DNA of 59,733 bases, the filler included, from Asterionella formosa (lineage: Eukaryota): assembly GCA_002256025.1 (NCBI GenBank). It is 10 parts of 10 records of this genome, joined end to end, with 100 filler letters (N's around TTAATTAATTAA, not from the genome) between each part and the next. Parts side by side here need not be neighbours in the genome. Positions count along the whole stretch, not along the records: positions 1 to 5,891 come from NKIB01012891.1; positions 5,992 to 11,881 come from NKIB01012892.1; 8 more parts are not named here. One strand, written 5' to 3'. The notes beneath the pieces are model-generated. The model was not told the DNA's origin and did no database searches. It worked only from the letters and a program-made list of their open reading frames with translations. Below, in pieces: positions 1 to 11,881 of this stretch (its first letter is position 1; every line of letters starts with the position of its first letter). The translations under genes were made by a program, and so were the position numbers.

Positions 1-120
1 ATTATGCTATATTAGTTCGGTATATTTGACATATACCATCAGTCGACTAAAATATACCAATATACTCCCTGGTGTCGATTTCTTATCGTCGCCGATCGTA
101 CCAAACTTATTTAATTTTAC

Positions 121-1518
121 ATGCGCCACAAGATGACGCCTTCGTCCAGTTCAGCAACCCAACGTCGCAGTGTTTCTAATTCCGCTCCCAACAGTATCAG
201 TACAAGTAGACACAACGGTAGCACGTCAACGCCCCGAAGGAAGAAAGTGACCCCGTCCCTGTGGACAAATGGGACGATACGAGCATTGGTCCTTGTTCTG
301 GCTCTGTTTTGTCTGATTGATGTCTACTATTTAGCCAACATTGCCGAGCATGGGAAGTTACAGAATGTCAAGCCAGGTCGAATAATTCGAGAGCAACTGG
401 ATAAAGTATTACAGAAGAAGGATACAGCTGAAAGTCCTGTCAAACCTGCAAACGAAGCCGAGTATGAACGATATGACCCAGTCAAAGTGGCAAAGTGGAA
501 GATGCAATTGATTGAAGAAGCTCGGATAGACCAAAAGGAAAAAGAGGAAATTTCTCAAGGAGCTGAAACATACGAAAGTATCTCTGATGAAGACTTGGAT
601 TACGACAAGGACCAAATTTACGAAATCCTCGAACAAGCAGGGATTCACAAGTCCGAGTTGAATAAAGCCACACGAGCTCAACTCCCGACATGGACGAAGG
701 TTTTGAGGGAATACGGAGATCACCCTTTGATATATGGACTAGAACGGTGCGAGAATTTCACATCATCGCGTGACATGAGTATGTCGTTTTTTGGAATCGC
801 TGGAACCTTTAACAGTGGAACCAACTTGTTGGCGGAATTGCTGATACAGAATTGTCAAATTACAGAACGAATGGAAAAATATGGTGAGGATCAAAGAGGG
901 ATTCGATGGCAAGTTCCTTGGGGAAAACACACTCCAGTTCAGTTTCGAGGAAAACATGTTACAAGAACGGATAGGGCAGTTCCATTAGAGAATTCCTTTC
1001 CCATGATTACGATTCGCGATCCATACTCCTGGCTGCTAAGCATGTGTCGACACCCCTACGCAGCAAGATGGGGACATGAAGTTGATCATTGTCCCAATAT
1101 TGTGAGCTATCGGAACAATGAAATAAGTAATGTCTATGTCTTTTTCCAGGAATCATTGGTCGAATACGATAATTTACCAGAAATGTGGAACAAGTGGTAC
1201 CAAGATTATCTCGCCGTGGATTTTCCTCGTGTATTGGTCCGCTTTGAAGACTTGTTGTTTTTTGGAAAAAACGTGACCGAGACGCTCTGCGCCTGCGGGG
1301 GTGGTGTTCCCCGTCGACCAAACTTTGTGCACATTCAGGACTCGGCCAAGTTGGGCACTGCCGCCCATGGGAATCATAAGACTGGATTGGTACAAGCACT
1401 GATACGATATGGCAATTTTCAAAATAGAACTATAGGCATGACAGCAGGGGATATCAAGTACGCGAAGGAATTTTTTGACGATGAGTTGATGAAAATGTTT
1501 AATTATCGACATCCATAG
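121..1518 (+). CDS. Type II membrane sulfotransferase-like (P-loop, PAPS-binding) protein, probably Golgi
   Basis: 465-aa ORF with one N-terminal TM helix (IRALVLVLALFCLIDVYYL), a 5'-PSB-like GTFNSGTNLL, a 3'-PB-like IRDPYSWLLS and VLVRFEDLL. Confidence 0.7.
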   Translation: MRHKMTPSSSSATQRRSVSNSAPNSISTSRHNGSTSTPRRKKVTPSLWTNGTIRALVLVLALFCLIDVYYLANIAEHGKLQNVKPGRIIREQLDKVLQKKDTAESPVKPANEAEYERYDPVKVAKWKMQLIEEARIDQKEKEEISQGAETYESISDEDLDYDKDQIYEILEQAGIHKSELNKATRAQLPTWTKVLREYGDHPLIYGLERCENFTSSRDMSMSFFGIAGTFNSGTNLLAELLIQNCQITERMEKYGEDQRGIRWQVPWGKHTPVQFRGKHVTRTDRAVPLENSFPMITIRDPYSWLLSMCRHPYAARWGHEVDHCPNIVSYRNNEISNVYVFFQESLVEYDNLPEMWNKWYQDYLAVDFPRVLVRFEDLLFFGKNVTETLCACGGGVPRRPNFVHIQDSAKLGTAAHGNHKTGLVQALIRYGNFQNRTIGMTAGDIKYAKEFFDDELMKMFNYRHP

Positions 1519-1659
1519 GGGAAGCCAAGATTGCACACTCCAGCATTGTATATTGTTCTCCTTCGAAGTCATGTAGTCTATCACTATTCAAATTAAAAGA
1601 ATTTACCATCTATTTCGTCATTGATGATCGTGTCGTGTCGCTGTTCCATTGCTCTCTAT

Positions 1660-2862
1660 TTAATGACTTGCAACTACAGAATGTGTTTTTGTTTCCAGCT
1701 CCTGATGGAGCAATGTGGGCCCAAACTCCACCAACCACCCCATCGTGGCTGACGGCACCACATCTGTCAAAGGCAAAATTTCTTCAAAGAATGACAGATA
1801 CTTTAGATTTGGTGCGACATCATCATACATGGCCATGATCAATATAGTTTGAATTGGTGCCCACCCTAAATCCAATCCTTCACCAACAATTGGGAGTAGG
1901 TACGATGAACTCCCCATCAAGTCAATCAGTAGCGAAACTATGAACTTGCCAACTGAATCCGTGGGTAAAATCCATCGAGCGAGGCTGACGGGAGTGGGTC
2001 TTGATCCAGTGTCGTACAGGAGCGCTTGTCCGGACTGGCTTGAAATGACATACGCAAAGGCTGGTGCCATTACCGAGGCGACCTTTTCGCGTCCTGACGA
2101 TGTGGATGCATACAAGACAGCTGAAGCTCCCGCGAGAATGAGTATGATAGTACTGAGAAGTACTAAAATGGGAAGTAGCAAAGGCAAGCCAGCGATGGCA
2201 ATGCCCACGACAATGGGTGAAAATACGACGAGTGCCGTGGCGATCGGTATCGCTGGAATGAGCAAGTAGTTGGCATTGGGCATGGTCGGCAGCGAGCGCA
2301 GTACTTGGTCCACTTTGCATTCTATGTAGTCCATAAGCTGAAACCATTTGGAAGACACGGCTAGAAGGGCTCCGATCTCTGGGCGATACGGCCCTTCCAA
2401 CCTGAATTCCAGTCTGAGCGTTGGGGCGATTTCGTCGTTGGTTGGCAAATTGAGAATCAACCAGGACGTTTCGTGAACTTTGAGTGAGTTGACCAGGACA
2501 TTTGCCGCCAAATTTTTGGACTCGTCTCTGTATCGAACAATCACGGTAGCTTTCTCGTTGTACATGGCCGAGAGAGGCGCTTCCAGACGAAGTATATTGT
2601 TGGCGGCGAACTTGAATGAATTTCGGTCCTTGTGACGAGCACTTGGAGGCCCGCTCGTAACGACCTCGCCGCAGACCGCCAACGCAATGCATATGGGCTG
2701 TTCGCGGGCTGGGAGATCGTACGCCGACAGAATCGTGCACACAAGGGCTCCCTTGCTGCTGGAAGTAGCAGCATCAGGTGGGCCTGGAGCGAGGGCCGGG
2801 ATCATCAGAGCGTTTCCATTCGACACGGTCGACGACGAAGTCAGTGACTGCGACAATGGCAT
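1660..2862 (-). CDS. Hypothetical membrane protein with a possible N-terminal C2-like beta domain and several hydrophobic helices
   Basis: Long ORF. The likely start is ATG 2862 (MPLSQSL), since the upstream part of the 505-aa ORF runs through GTAC-rich noncoding-like DNA. CTILSAYDLP resembles C2 strand 1, and there is a long hydrophobic stretch LLIPAIPIATALVVF... Confidence 0.7.
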   Translation of the reverse strand: MPLSQSLTSSSTVSNGNALMIPALAPGPPDAATSSSKGALVCTILSAYDLPAREQPICIALAVCGEVVTSGPPSARHKDRNSFKFAANNILRLEAPLSAMYNEKATVIVRYRDESKNLAANVLVNSLKVHETSWLILNLPTNDEIAPTLRLEFRLEGPYRPEIGALLAVSSKWFQLMDYIECKVDQVLRSLPTMPNANYLLIPAIPIATALVVFSPIVVGIAIAGLPLLLPILVLLSTIILILAGASAVLYASTSSGREKVASVMAPAFAYVISSQSGQALLYDTGSRPTPVSLARWILPTDSVGKFIVSLLIDLMGSSSYLLPIVGEGLDLGWAPIQTILIMAMYDDVAPNLKYLSFFEEILPLTDVVPSATMGWLVEFGPTLLHQELETKTHSVVASH

Positions 2863-4582
2863 ATTCGTTGATGGATGGATTGGAGTGGAGTCGCTTAGAT
2901 TGGCTGCTGACGATGGACACCTTGGGAAACGAAAGATTTGTCGGAAGACGACGGGGTTGTGACGGGAACAAGAATAATATGAGTCGTAGCTTTTATATAC
3001 ACGTATATCCATTACCGTCAATGACGATGCGAGATGGAAATTGCCACATCGTCGATATATTATTTTATATACCGGTACCTGGTAGCTAGAGTGGATCTTA
3101 TTTGCCATGGTACCTACGGTACCAGGTACATACGATATGGTGAACACATAATACAATATACCGACTGGGTATGTCATAATCTATGTACATACCGGTACCA
3201 CAATCTAGACTGTGTGTATGTATCTTGGTATCGTCCCAATCTATCTTTATGTACTTCCAGGGGACAATACCTACTTAGTCGTACTAATATGACTTGAGAG
3301 TGATGGCTTCCTCTTGTAACATACCGGTATACTGTCCTGTGCNNNNNNNNNNNNNNNNNNNNNNNNNNNNNNNNNNNNNNNNNNNNNNNNNNNNNNNNNN
3401 NNNNNNNNNNNNNNNNNNNNNNNNNNNNNNNNNNNNNNNNNNNNNNNNNNNNNNNNNNNNNNNNNNNNNNNNNNNNNNNNNNNNNNNNNNNNNNNNNNNN
3501 NNNNNNNNNNNNNNNNNNNNNNNNNNNNNNNNNNNNNNNNNNNNNNNNNNNNNNNNNNNNNNNNNNNNNNNNNNNNNNNNNNNNNNNNNNNNNNNNNNNN
3601 NNNNNNNNNNNNNNNNNNNNNNNNNNNNNNNNNNNNNNNNNNNNNNNNNNNNNNNNNNNNNNNNNNNNNNNNNNNNNNNNNNNNNNNNNNNNNNNNNNNN
3701 NNNNNNNNNNNNNNNNNNNNNNNNNNNNNNNNNNNNNNNNNNNNNNNNNNNNNNNNNNNNNNNNNNNNNNNNNNNNNNNNNNNNNNNNNNNNNNNNNNNN
3801 NNNNNNNNNNNNNNNNNNNNNNNNNNNNNNNNNNNNNNNNNNNNNNNNNNNNNNNNNNNNNNNNNNNNNNNNNNNNNNNNNNNNNNNNNNNNNNNNNNNN
3901 NNNNNNNNNNNNNNNNNNNNNNNNNNNNNNNNNNNNNNNNNNNNNNNNNNNNNNNNNNNNNNNNNNNNNNNNNNNNNNNNNNNNNNNNNNNNNNNNNNNN
4001 NNNNNNNNNNNNNNNNNNNNNNNNNNNNNNNNNNNNNNNNNNNNNNNNNNNNNNNNNNNNNNNNNNNNNNNNNNNNNNNNNNNNNNNNNNNNNNNNNNNN
4101 NNNNNNNNNNNNNNNNNNNNNNNNNNNNNNNNNNNNNNNNNNNNNNNNNNNNNNNNNNNNNNNNNNNNNNNNNNNNNNNNNNNNNNNNNATTCATTGCTT
4201 GTCACCAAGCAGGAACCACAAAAGAAGAAAGAACAAGTCATGTGTTGAAAAAATGTTACCGGTGGGGTTGTCAAAACATCATGTATACTGCCTGAAAGGT
4301 CCGGTAGTGCACATTTTATGCTCACCTTTTCAGTTTCGACCTATTCAGATGATTCATCTCATGCCTGCAAGACGAGATAGGCCACCTTTCGATGGAAATT
4401 ATAATCCTTAAGTTATGTAGGAAAATGATACTCTTCTTATTGACCGATGACGATTTGCAGAGTCAGTCTCTGAACACGACTCAGATTTGCTGACTCATGA
4501 ACCTGCTCAGCACACTGTCTTATACTAGCTTCGTAATACATATAGGAATCATCTCGTTCTCCATTTAAAAAAATTTGTTGAG

Positions 4583-4727
4583 AATGACTAGAATTTGCCG
4601 ACAATGACTAGGATCTTCTGAAAAAGAATGGAATTCGCTGACAACGGCTAGAAATTGCTGACAAAAATTAGAATTTGCTGACCACAAGAACTAGAACTTG
4701 CAAATACAGATAGATTTTCTGAATGAC
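4583..4727. repeat. Degenerate ~20-bp tandem repeat (ctagaatttgctgacaa-like)
   Basis: About 7 units such as gactagaatttgccgacaa / ggctagaaattgctgacaa / attagaatttgctgacca. Confidence 0.6.
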
Positions 4728-5935
4728 CCTTACTATGCCTATGAAGTATATACATGAACAGACATAACCACTACCTCCTGATAGCCTTGCCAATACTATG
4801 AACATACATAGCGTTATATCTATATACATGGTCACAGTTATTATCACGCCTGATGCAACAGCCTACCGGGGTACCAGTATGATATTTGCAATATCATACA
4901 TATTACATATCACATGTCATACTATGGCTACATAGGATATATGCTCAGGGTACGCATGGTAGCCTTTCTAGATGCTAGTATATAGTTATTTAGCTTAGAT
5001 GTTGCAATTTCTTTCTGTATATAAACACGTTACAGTGTAGTTCTTGTGAGCAGCTGGAGAATCCTGCATTTTGCTGTCTCCGCCTTGACCATGATGAAAG
5101 TAGCGAATATCCCCACGAAAAATGAGAATGCTGCTGCTTTGCTATTGGGTACATAGTATATTTAACACGACATAGATAATACAATCGTAAAAAGATAATT
5201 GTAATAACACTTATATTGATAACGACAATTGAAGTCGCCAATGGCGCTTTTCTTCACGTACATCTAAGCCGCGAAATACGCCACTTTTCGAAATTTCATT
5301 TACATAGGAGTGTTAATGATGGGGTACTTGACATGAATTAATGCCACTCTTCCCGTAAAAAGGTTACTTTTAACGGTTTCATGTGAAGTTTTCACAATGG
5401 GCTTTGAACTCGAGACTGAATTAGTTGATGTTTCAAATAATTCATTTCAAAGTTCAACTAATATCCTGCTCTGCTCTCGTGGCTAATTTATTTACTACAC
5501 GCATCTTTATTTGTGAAATAGAAAGGATATTTGTTGTGTCTTATTTCATGCATGGACAATCTACAGTTTATAGTTGTGCACTTCATGTAAATAATATGAA
5601 CTATTATAGTAGTGAACAAGACTTCTCTTCGAGGTTTTCATGTGATGGTTCAGAATCATACAGTGATTTCCAAGACAAAACTAGTTGATGTTGCAACTAC
5701 ATATTCTAAAACTTCAAGATAAAATTGTTTTAGAGGATAAATCATTACGAAAGACAACTCAAGTAATGTATGGTACATATGCCAAGAATGTATGAATTGG
5801 CCAAGAAATGCCAGTGAAAATAGTTTTCGCCAGCCTCATGGTGACAATGAGTAGTTTTGTGAGCCTCATTGCGATGAAACTACTTCTACATNNNNNNNNN
5901 NNNNNNNNNNNNNNNNNNNNNNNNNNNNNNNNNNN

Positions 5936-5947
5936 TTAATTAATTAA
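5936..5947. other. Artificial contig linker TTAATTAATTAA within Ns; also at 11926, 17916, 23905, 29890, 35870, 41850, 47827, 53803
   Basis: Identical six-frame-stop 12-mer centred in 100-nt gaps, with spacing falling from 5990 to 5976 bp, as expected for size-sorted concatenated contigs. Confidence 0.97.
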
Positions 5948-6817
5948 NNNNNNNNNNNNNNNNNNNNNNNNNNNNNNNNNNNNNNNNNNNNCGGTCCCTC
6001 TGATTTCCTTCAATTGCAACTTAAAGACAGTGAAAGCTTCTATCATTGGAACTCAGACATCTTGTTTTTGGGGTGGTGCAATTTGGCAAATGAATGCAGG
6101 ACGAAGCGCTGATGGGTGCGCACATTTCTTGATGCTTACATTAGCCTCCTCGAGTTTAAATACATGGATGGTTGATCCAAGTTTAAAAGGTTGCAAGTTT
6201 GAGACGCATCCAATAAAGCCAATTCAAATCAATGCTCATCGTTGGCATGCTCCTAATGGTGGTGCGGTGATCGGCCGAATGGTACTCAAGATGGAATCAC
6301 AACTGTAACTTTATTATTCTCTTTTCTTTGTTCATTATTTCGAAAGTATTATTTAATTCTTTTTTAAGACTTGATCTGGAAGAGATATTCCATTTAGTAA
6401 GGACAGTTTGTTGAACCCACTCCCCTCATTTGTTCAACCAAATTCACAGACTTGCTGCAGGTCAGGGAGAAACAGATTTCTACACAAGGGAATCAAAGAA
6501 CCTTTGTTGAGATGTGAGAATGAATGGTACACCATTATTCGTGATGTTTATTTCTTTTGTTTTTATGATGTCATTGGCTGTGGCACCATCGCTAAACTTT
6601 ATTGCTACCTTTTCTTCTCCACTGACCCAACACCAATTGTCCCTGTTCCCCTGGAGGTCAGTTGGTCGGTTTATCCTTGTGGTGCTGCTGTTCACTTCTT
6701 CTTTACCCTTACTGCTTATCCCATTATTGTCAATGTCATGGCCATTGACCGGGATGATCCTTTGCAGCTTCTCTACACTGCCTGTCTGCCACTCTGATGG
6801 CCATTTTCATTGTCTCC

Positions 6818-7010
6818 AGGAGTAAACAAGCCCTTTAAGGGTTTTGTTAGGGATGAATATGAGGACTGGTGGATAATTGCCCATCCTCATGGTTTGAAGG
6901 TGAAGTGACAGGATGTTGCTCAGTGAGTTTGGACAGCTTGGGAGAGGGTTTCACAATCAACAATTTTGAACACTTGGAATTTGGTTGATTACATTGCAAG
7001 CAATTGATGA
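6818..7010 (+). mobile_element. pogo/Tigger (DDE_1) transposase C-terminal remnant
   Basis: Translates GVNKPFKGFVRDEYEDWW...QDVAQ*VWTAWERVSQSTILNTW, the typical post-catalytic DDE_1 motif, with in-frame stops. Confidence 0.7.
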
Positions 7011-7117
7011 TGCTATTTTATTCAGAAAGTGCAGCATGTGACTAGAACTATATCTTCATAGTCTGTTTAAGTATGCTCAATTGTTACATTATTGATTTGT
7101 AGAAGCAATTCAATAGT

Positions 7118-7248
7118 GTCAATGTTAAATAGCTCAACACATAATTTACAATTCGATTTTTCACATTGAAGCTACTACTAGTAGAACTACAGTTGACATG
7201 AATCACTATCCATGCTAAAGCAAATGATTCTAGAGTCTATTTACTGTT
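7118..7248 (+). repeat. Dispersed repeat; second copy at ~34245-34370
   Basis: Alignable ~130-bp block (tcaatgttaaatagctcaa...agtagaactaca...gaatcactat.catgctaaag.aaatgattctagag.ctatttactgtt) shared by two unrelated contigs. Confidence 0.85.
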
Positions 7249-7966
7249 CAACTAGCTATGTTATAATATACTAGATATCTATAATGTTATTGTTGAATGC
7301 TTCAAACGAATCTACTCCTGGCCTTGAATTTCCACCATTGAGTGAAATGTAGCCATTCTGGGATTCCTCTTGCTCTTCTTTCTCATCATAGAATTTTCAT
7401 TTTCATCATACAGTTCTAGCAACTGCGCAAACTTGTCCATGCACATGCTCCATTTGTCTGTGAATGAAATCTCCATTAGATCTCACATTTTACTCAGCAT
7501 ATAATGAAAAAATTCTAGATTAAGCTAAATTTTTATTCTACCAAACATAATTTTGATACAACAATAATTGATTCTGTTTGATCAATCAAATTTTTATCTC
7601 AGGTTAAGATTTCATAGATATGACATTATGCATATGTAAAAGCTTATTCAACATATGTACCAAAAGTTATTGATAAGGCAAATTTGCTGATCTATTCTGA
7701 TCGATCAATAGAAGCTATATCTGGTTATGACAACATTACACGTATCACGACAACATTACACATATCACCTCATGCATACATAAAAACTTATACCCAGAAG
7801 AGTACCGGTATTACCAGATGTCTGCATACTGATCTTTGTGCATTGGGTCCTTGTTGCCATTCCAATTTGATCACTTGGCTGTGTTGCTGTACTTTATGAA
7901 CAGGTACTACTCTCTCCTCTCCCCATTCTCATATTGGCAATCGAAATTCTACCTTTTGACTAACCC

Positions 7967-8461
7967 ATGTGCGCTTGTCGAGTTCCTCACGAGTTACTTT
8001 CCTGTGGAGAAGATGAAGATCTTAGTCTTGTAACAAATGATATGGTTTCGATACTGAATGGGAATTATGCTGGCGAAGTTGGATTGTTTGTTTGTTACAC
8101 AAAAGCCAAAGCTTTGGTCAATTTATACAACACAATCGGAGTACAATCCATTGAAGGTCATGCCCGCATACCATCCGAAATCAAGAAGATAATTCCTTTT
8201 GATCATAGTTCGCCCACTGAAGAGATAGGTTCATATTTCGAATCTGTTCTTCAAGACAAGTTGTGGATCAGAGTGAAGATGGACCAGATGGCGGCACAGT
8301 TTGTTGCTTGTGGTCTTAATCATGAGTCTTCCATTCTCATTGACTATTGGAGGGGGAATGATTATATGCTGCCAACTTGGACCGCACAGACATCACAAAT
8401 CAATGAACAGTTGCATCTCTTCTACAGAATCAATCAAGAAATAGCAACTTTACTTGAATGA
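7967..8461 (+). CDS. Orphan ORF with a KOW-like motif, in TE-rich DNA
   Basis: 164-aa ORF; DMVSILNGNYAGEVGLFV resembles the KOW pattern VxIxxGxYxGxxG. Confidence 0.3.
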   Translation: MCACRVPHELLSCGEDEDLSLVTNDMVSILNGNYAGEVGLFVCYTKAKALVNLYNTIGVQSIEGHARIPSEIKKIIPFDHSSPTEEIGSYFESVLQDKLWIRVKMDQMAAQFVACGLNHESSILIDYWRGNDYMLPTWTAQTSQINEQLHLFYRINQEIATLLE

Positions 8462-8732
8462 TAGAAGTGGTTTCAAATGACAATCACACCTTTATTAGTT
8501 ATGTACTACCCCTTGTTTTAAGAATTCTTGTTACTGGCAAGATTTGCAATAGGACATAAAGTATATGTCATGACTTTATTGCCATACTGGTATGCACTTA
8601 CACTATCATTTTTTGTACTAAATATATACTATTGTATAATGTCCCACACATATTTACCGGTATGTATTATGTATAATATATTAGAATGTAGAGTACCTGG
8701 TGGTACTACCATTAATTGTTCAATATTGAGCA

Positions 8733-9335
8733 ATGGCGTACAGCAACAACAGTAGTCGAGATGAGTCCAATGATGTTCTTGATGAAGTGCTTCATTATTG
8801 CTGGGGAGTTTCCAATGGTCCCCATACATTTACCAATGTTGTTAGTACCGGTATTGATACAGAAGAAAAGAGGAATAAGCTTCTTGGCACTATTTCGGCC
8901 ACATTTGAAAAGCATCGTCAAAATTGGGAAGAATTTTTTCCCAACCAGCCGATGGAATTAGTCATTCCTGTCATTCCAAGTAAAGAACATCAACGTTGTG
9001 TGTTCTCTCTGTATTAATCTACACAGTTTATTGACAACGAGATAGTTGGAAATGAAGATTGTCAGGTTTGTGTGGTAGATCTTGTTTCTATTTCCACAGA
9101 GTCTATTGCTTTCGATTTGCTTGATATTAAGCAGTCATCCCGTTCCAAAGCGAAAGCGAAAGGTAGTAAACTAAAGGAAATTCCAGACATCATTGTTACA
9201 AATCTGGAGATAATTCACGAAAGCTTTCCAAAGAATTCCAAAATTGTTGGGGTGACTGATAGAAAACCTAAGATAGGGTTCCGGGGGGTTCAGCTGACGA
9301 ATAGACAGGTCCTGTTGTACCGTACAGATGAATAA
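8733..9335 (+). pseudogene. Unknown ~200-codon frame with one in-frame stop
   Basis: ORFs 8733-9017 and 9072-9335 share a frame and are separated only by TAA 9015-9017; composition looks protein-like. Confidence 0.35.
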
Positions 9336-9436
9336 AACCGGTACTAATTGTGTCCATTTATTCATTTATTTGGGCACAAGTGCGATTATTGGATAGCTTT
9401 AACGTACTATAAGATTTGATTGATAATTTTTAAATT

Positions 9437-9657
9437 ACTACGCTGGTACTATGAAACTGTACTAGCTTTGCCCTACCAACATTCCCGTCTCCCCTTGTTT
9501 CAATCCCCGGTAGGAAGCCACATGACATGGCTACTGAGAAACTATACCTATAACTACGCTGGTACTGTGAAACTGTAGCTTTGCCCTACCAGCATTCCCG
9601 TCTTCTCCTTGTTTCAATACCCGGTGGGAACATGACGTAGGTACTGAGAAACTAATA
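9437..9657. repeat. Two-copy tandem duplication (~115-bp unit)
   Basis: actacgctggtact.tgaaactgta...gctttgccctacca.cattcccgtct...ccttgtttcaat.cccggt...tactgagaaacta occurs twice. Confidence 0.9.
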
Positions 9658-10615
9658 ATATCTCTCAATCCTACCTGTAGATGTGAGAATGAGGATTGAT
9701 ACCCTGTCACTTATCAATAAAGCATGAAAGGCTATGTCAGTTATATTCTTTACCTGGTGTTCATATGTCTATTGGAGCGCGAAGTTGTTGTATTTTTTCA
9801 ATTATGTTTATTAAAAACCCTTGCTTGCTTGTTATTGATTCTATCGCTTCACGTTGTTACGACGTCGTCTTGGTGCACTTGAGTGTAAAGAAGAGCGCTT
9901 GTGATCATATATTGTGGATTGTTTCATTGCATCTATGACTGCAACACTTTCGAAAACATTTTTCTTATCTCCTACAGGAAAATCATAGAAGAAAGTTATG
10001 AAATATGAGTTTGCTGTCATTTGTAATGGTGGAATTTTGAATTGTTACATAAGCAATTTCGACGACTCTTTCATTTCATCTTTAAGAATGTCAAAGTGAA
10101 TAATACATGTCACTGAAACAAAAGGAATGAACAATGACCATGTGTTCATTCTGTGAAAGGATGTGGCACGAATAAAGCATATAAGATTAAATAGCAATCC
10201 ATTTAACTCGACTTTTCTACCGTAAATCCCATGCTCACGTCTCCTCAAATGTACACACCCAAAATTAGATTTATTTAGTTGGGGAGACAGAACTATGGCG
10301 ATTTTGACATTACCCACTTCCGTTGTTCAAAATGTCATCCCCATTGCCTTCTCCATCGTTTAAAACATACAAATGTACATAATAAGTAATATTGCTGCTT
10401 CTTGGTTGAATCAGTAAGTAATCTATGATCATTTTATTTTCGTTAATTTTGGCACACTTGTGCGCCAAAATTAGCACAATCCGCATACTAATTTTTTGAG
10501 TGACGTGGCTGTATATACCTATTTCTACACCCATATTATCTTTTGTAGGTTCTACAAGGTTCTGTCTTGCCAGAATTTCCGCAAGCCAGCAACCACATCG
10601 TGTTACCGGTTTTAG

Positions 10616-11378
10616 GTGTGCTTCATGAAGAAAAAATTCATCGCGCTGAGGCTGAAAAAAACGATTTTGGCAGAAGCTTTTTCGAAGCCAAATAACATTA
10701 AGCCAACTGCAAGCGCCTATTCTGTATTACCTGAGCAGATCAGGCGATGGAGGAACATGTTTACTTCCTTACCTGTTCCAGCAGGAGACGACAACGATGA
10801 GGACAATGGCAATCAACCAAATCGTCAGCCCTCGCAGATTTTGAATAAGAAAACAGCTCACCAAGGTGGTGTCGGAAAAAGTGTCGGTGAATTCGAAATG
10901 TTGCGGTCAACTTTTGATGGTTTGAGGCAGCAAGATCGATGCTGCACCATTCGAATGCTCACTATTGAGCTTAAACGGGTGGATGGGAACGAAATGTTTT
11001 CTCTTCCGGTTCTGTCAAAGAGGGTCAAGCGATAGATGGTGAAAGAGGGTATTGTTCTTCGGCAAGCCAGTGACACATGTTGCTCAGAACACAAGACTTG
11101 ACCAAGCAAGCCAGAGTGCTTGAGTTTGTAACAAATGCCAATCAACAGATTCAGATCTTTGGTATGGAACCTAGGTGCATGGCTAATATTGATGAGAAAA
11201 ACTTCGATTTTGGCATGTATGGCTGGATTGTTAACATTGGAGAAATGTGGAGCCAGGACCATTGGAATGAAGACTTCTGGTACCTCTGTTTGTTGCACTA
11301 TGCTCTTAGGTGTCACTCTTAGTGGAGACAAGCTGCCTCCATTCATTGTGTTCAAGGGAACCAGTGATGCACGGATAA
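10616..11378 (+). mobile_element. Decayed pogo/Tigger transposase (HTH plus start of DDE_1)
   Basis: HTH-like (NIKPTASAYSVLPEQIRRWR), NIDE and LLGVTLSGDKLPPFIVFKG spread over three ORFs with a stop and a frameshift; ends at the LTR insertion. Confidence 0.85.
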
Positions 11379-11644
11379 TGTTGAAATTGCGTCCCGAAGC
11401 ACTCTATGCTTTCTTGTATCCTGTAAGGACACGTCAGGGACCAAATAGGCTGTAGATATAACAACGATGTCTCCGTGATCGATTGTAATTGTTCCTAAGA
11501 GTTTTAATAGAATTATGGGTTTTTACTGTTGGCGTAGATTGTTTTCGAATTCTCTGGTACCATATTCTTTCTTAATTCATTCGATTCAATATGTAGTAGG
11601 TAATTTATACCGGGATTTTCTTTCCTAAAATATTTTCTCCAACA
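11379..11644 (-). mobile_element. Copia 3' LTR (266 bp)
   Basis: TGTTG...CAACA termini; preceded on the minus strand by purine-rich AGCAGGAGTG (PPT) just after the RNase H stop. Confidence 0.8.
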
Positions 11645-11666
11645 CACTCCTGCTGGACACGGATGC

Positions 11667-11881
11667 TCACTTTGAATTCATAATTTGCTGACGAAAATGA
11701 ATAAATTTCGTTCCAACCAGTGGTTTCATCATGTAGTCTGCTAACATTGCATCTGATGGACAGTACTTGATTTGTACTTCCTTTCTTTCAATAAGATCAG
11801 TAATATAAAAATATTTGATGTTGAAATGTCGCGTGCGTTTTCCTGAACTTGCTTTTCCATTTGCTTCTAGCTTCATTGCGC
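11667..11881 (-). mobile_element. Ty1/Copia RNase H C-terminus (cut by contig end)
   Basis: SSGKRTRHFNIKYFYITD...YCPSDAMLADYMMKPLVG. Confidence 0.92.

Noticed and set aside
1922..2740. Overlapping alternative-frame and antisense ORFs (e.g. 1922-2740, 22975-23499, 38447-38965, 50888-51559)
   Set aside because: These are shadows of real CDSs with no recognisable motifs.
3174..4325. Long ORFs spanning 3343-4189
   Set aside because: They are artefacts of translating through an N gap.
6000..6800. Possible non-LTR retrotransposon endonuclease remnant on the minus strand
   Set aside because: The resemblance is vague (NWCWV...QQRFFD) and there are many stops; it cannot be supported without a profile search.
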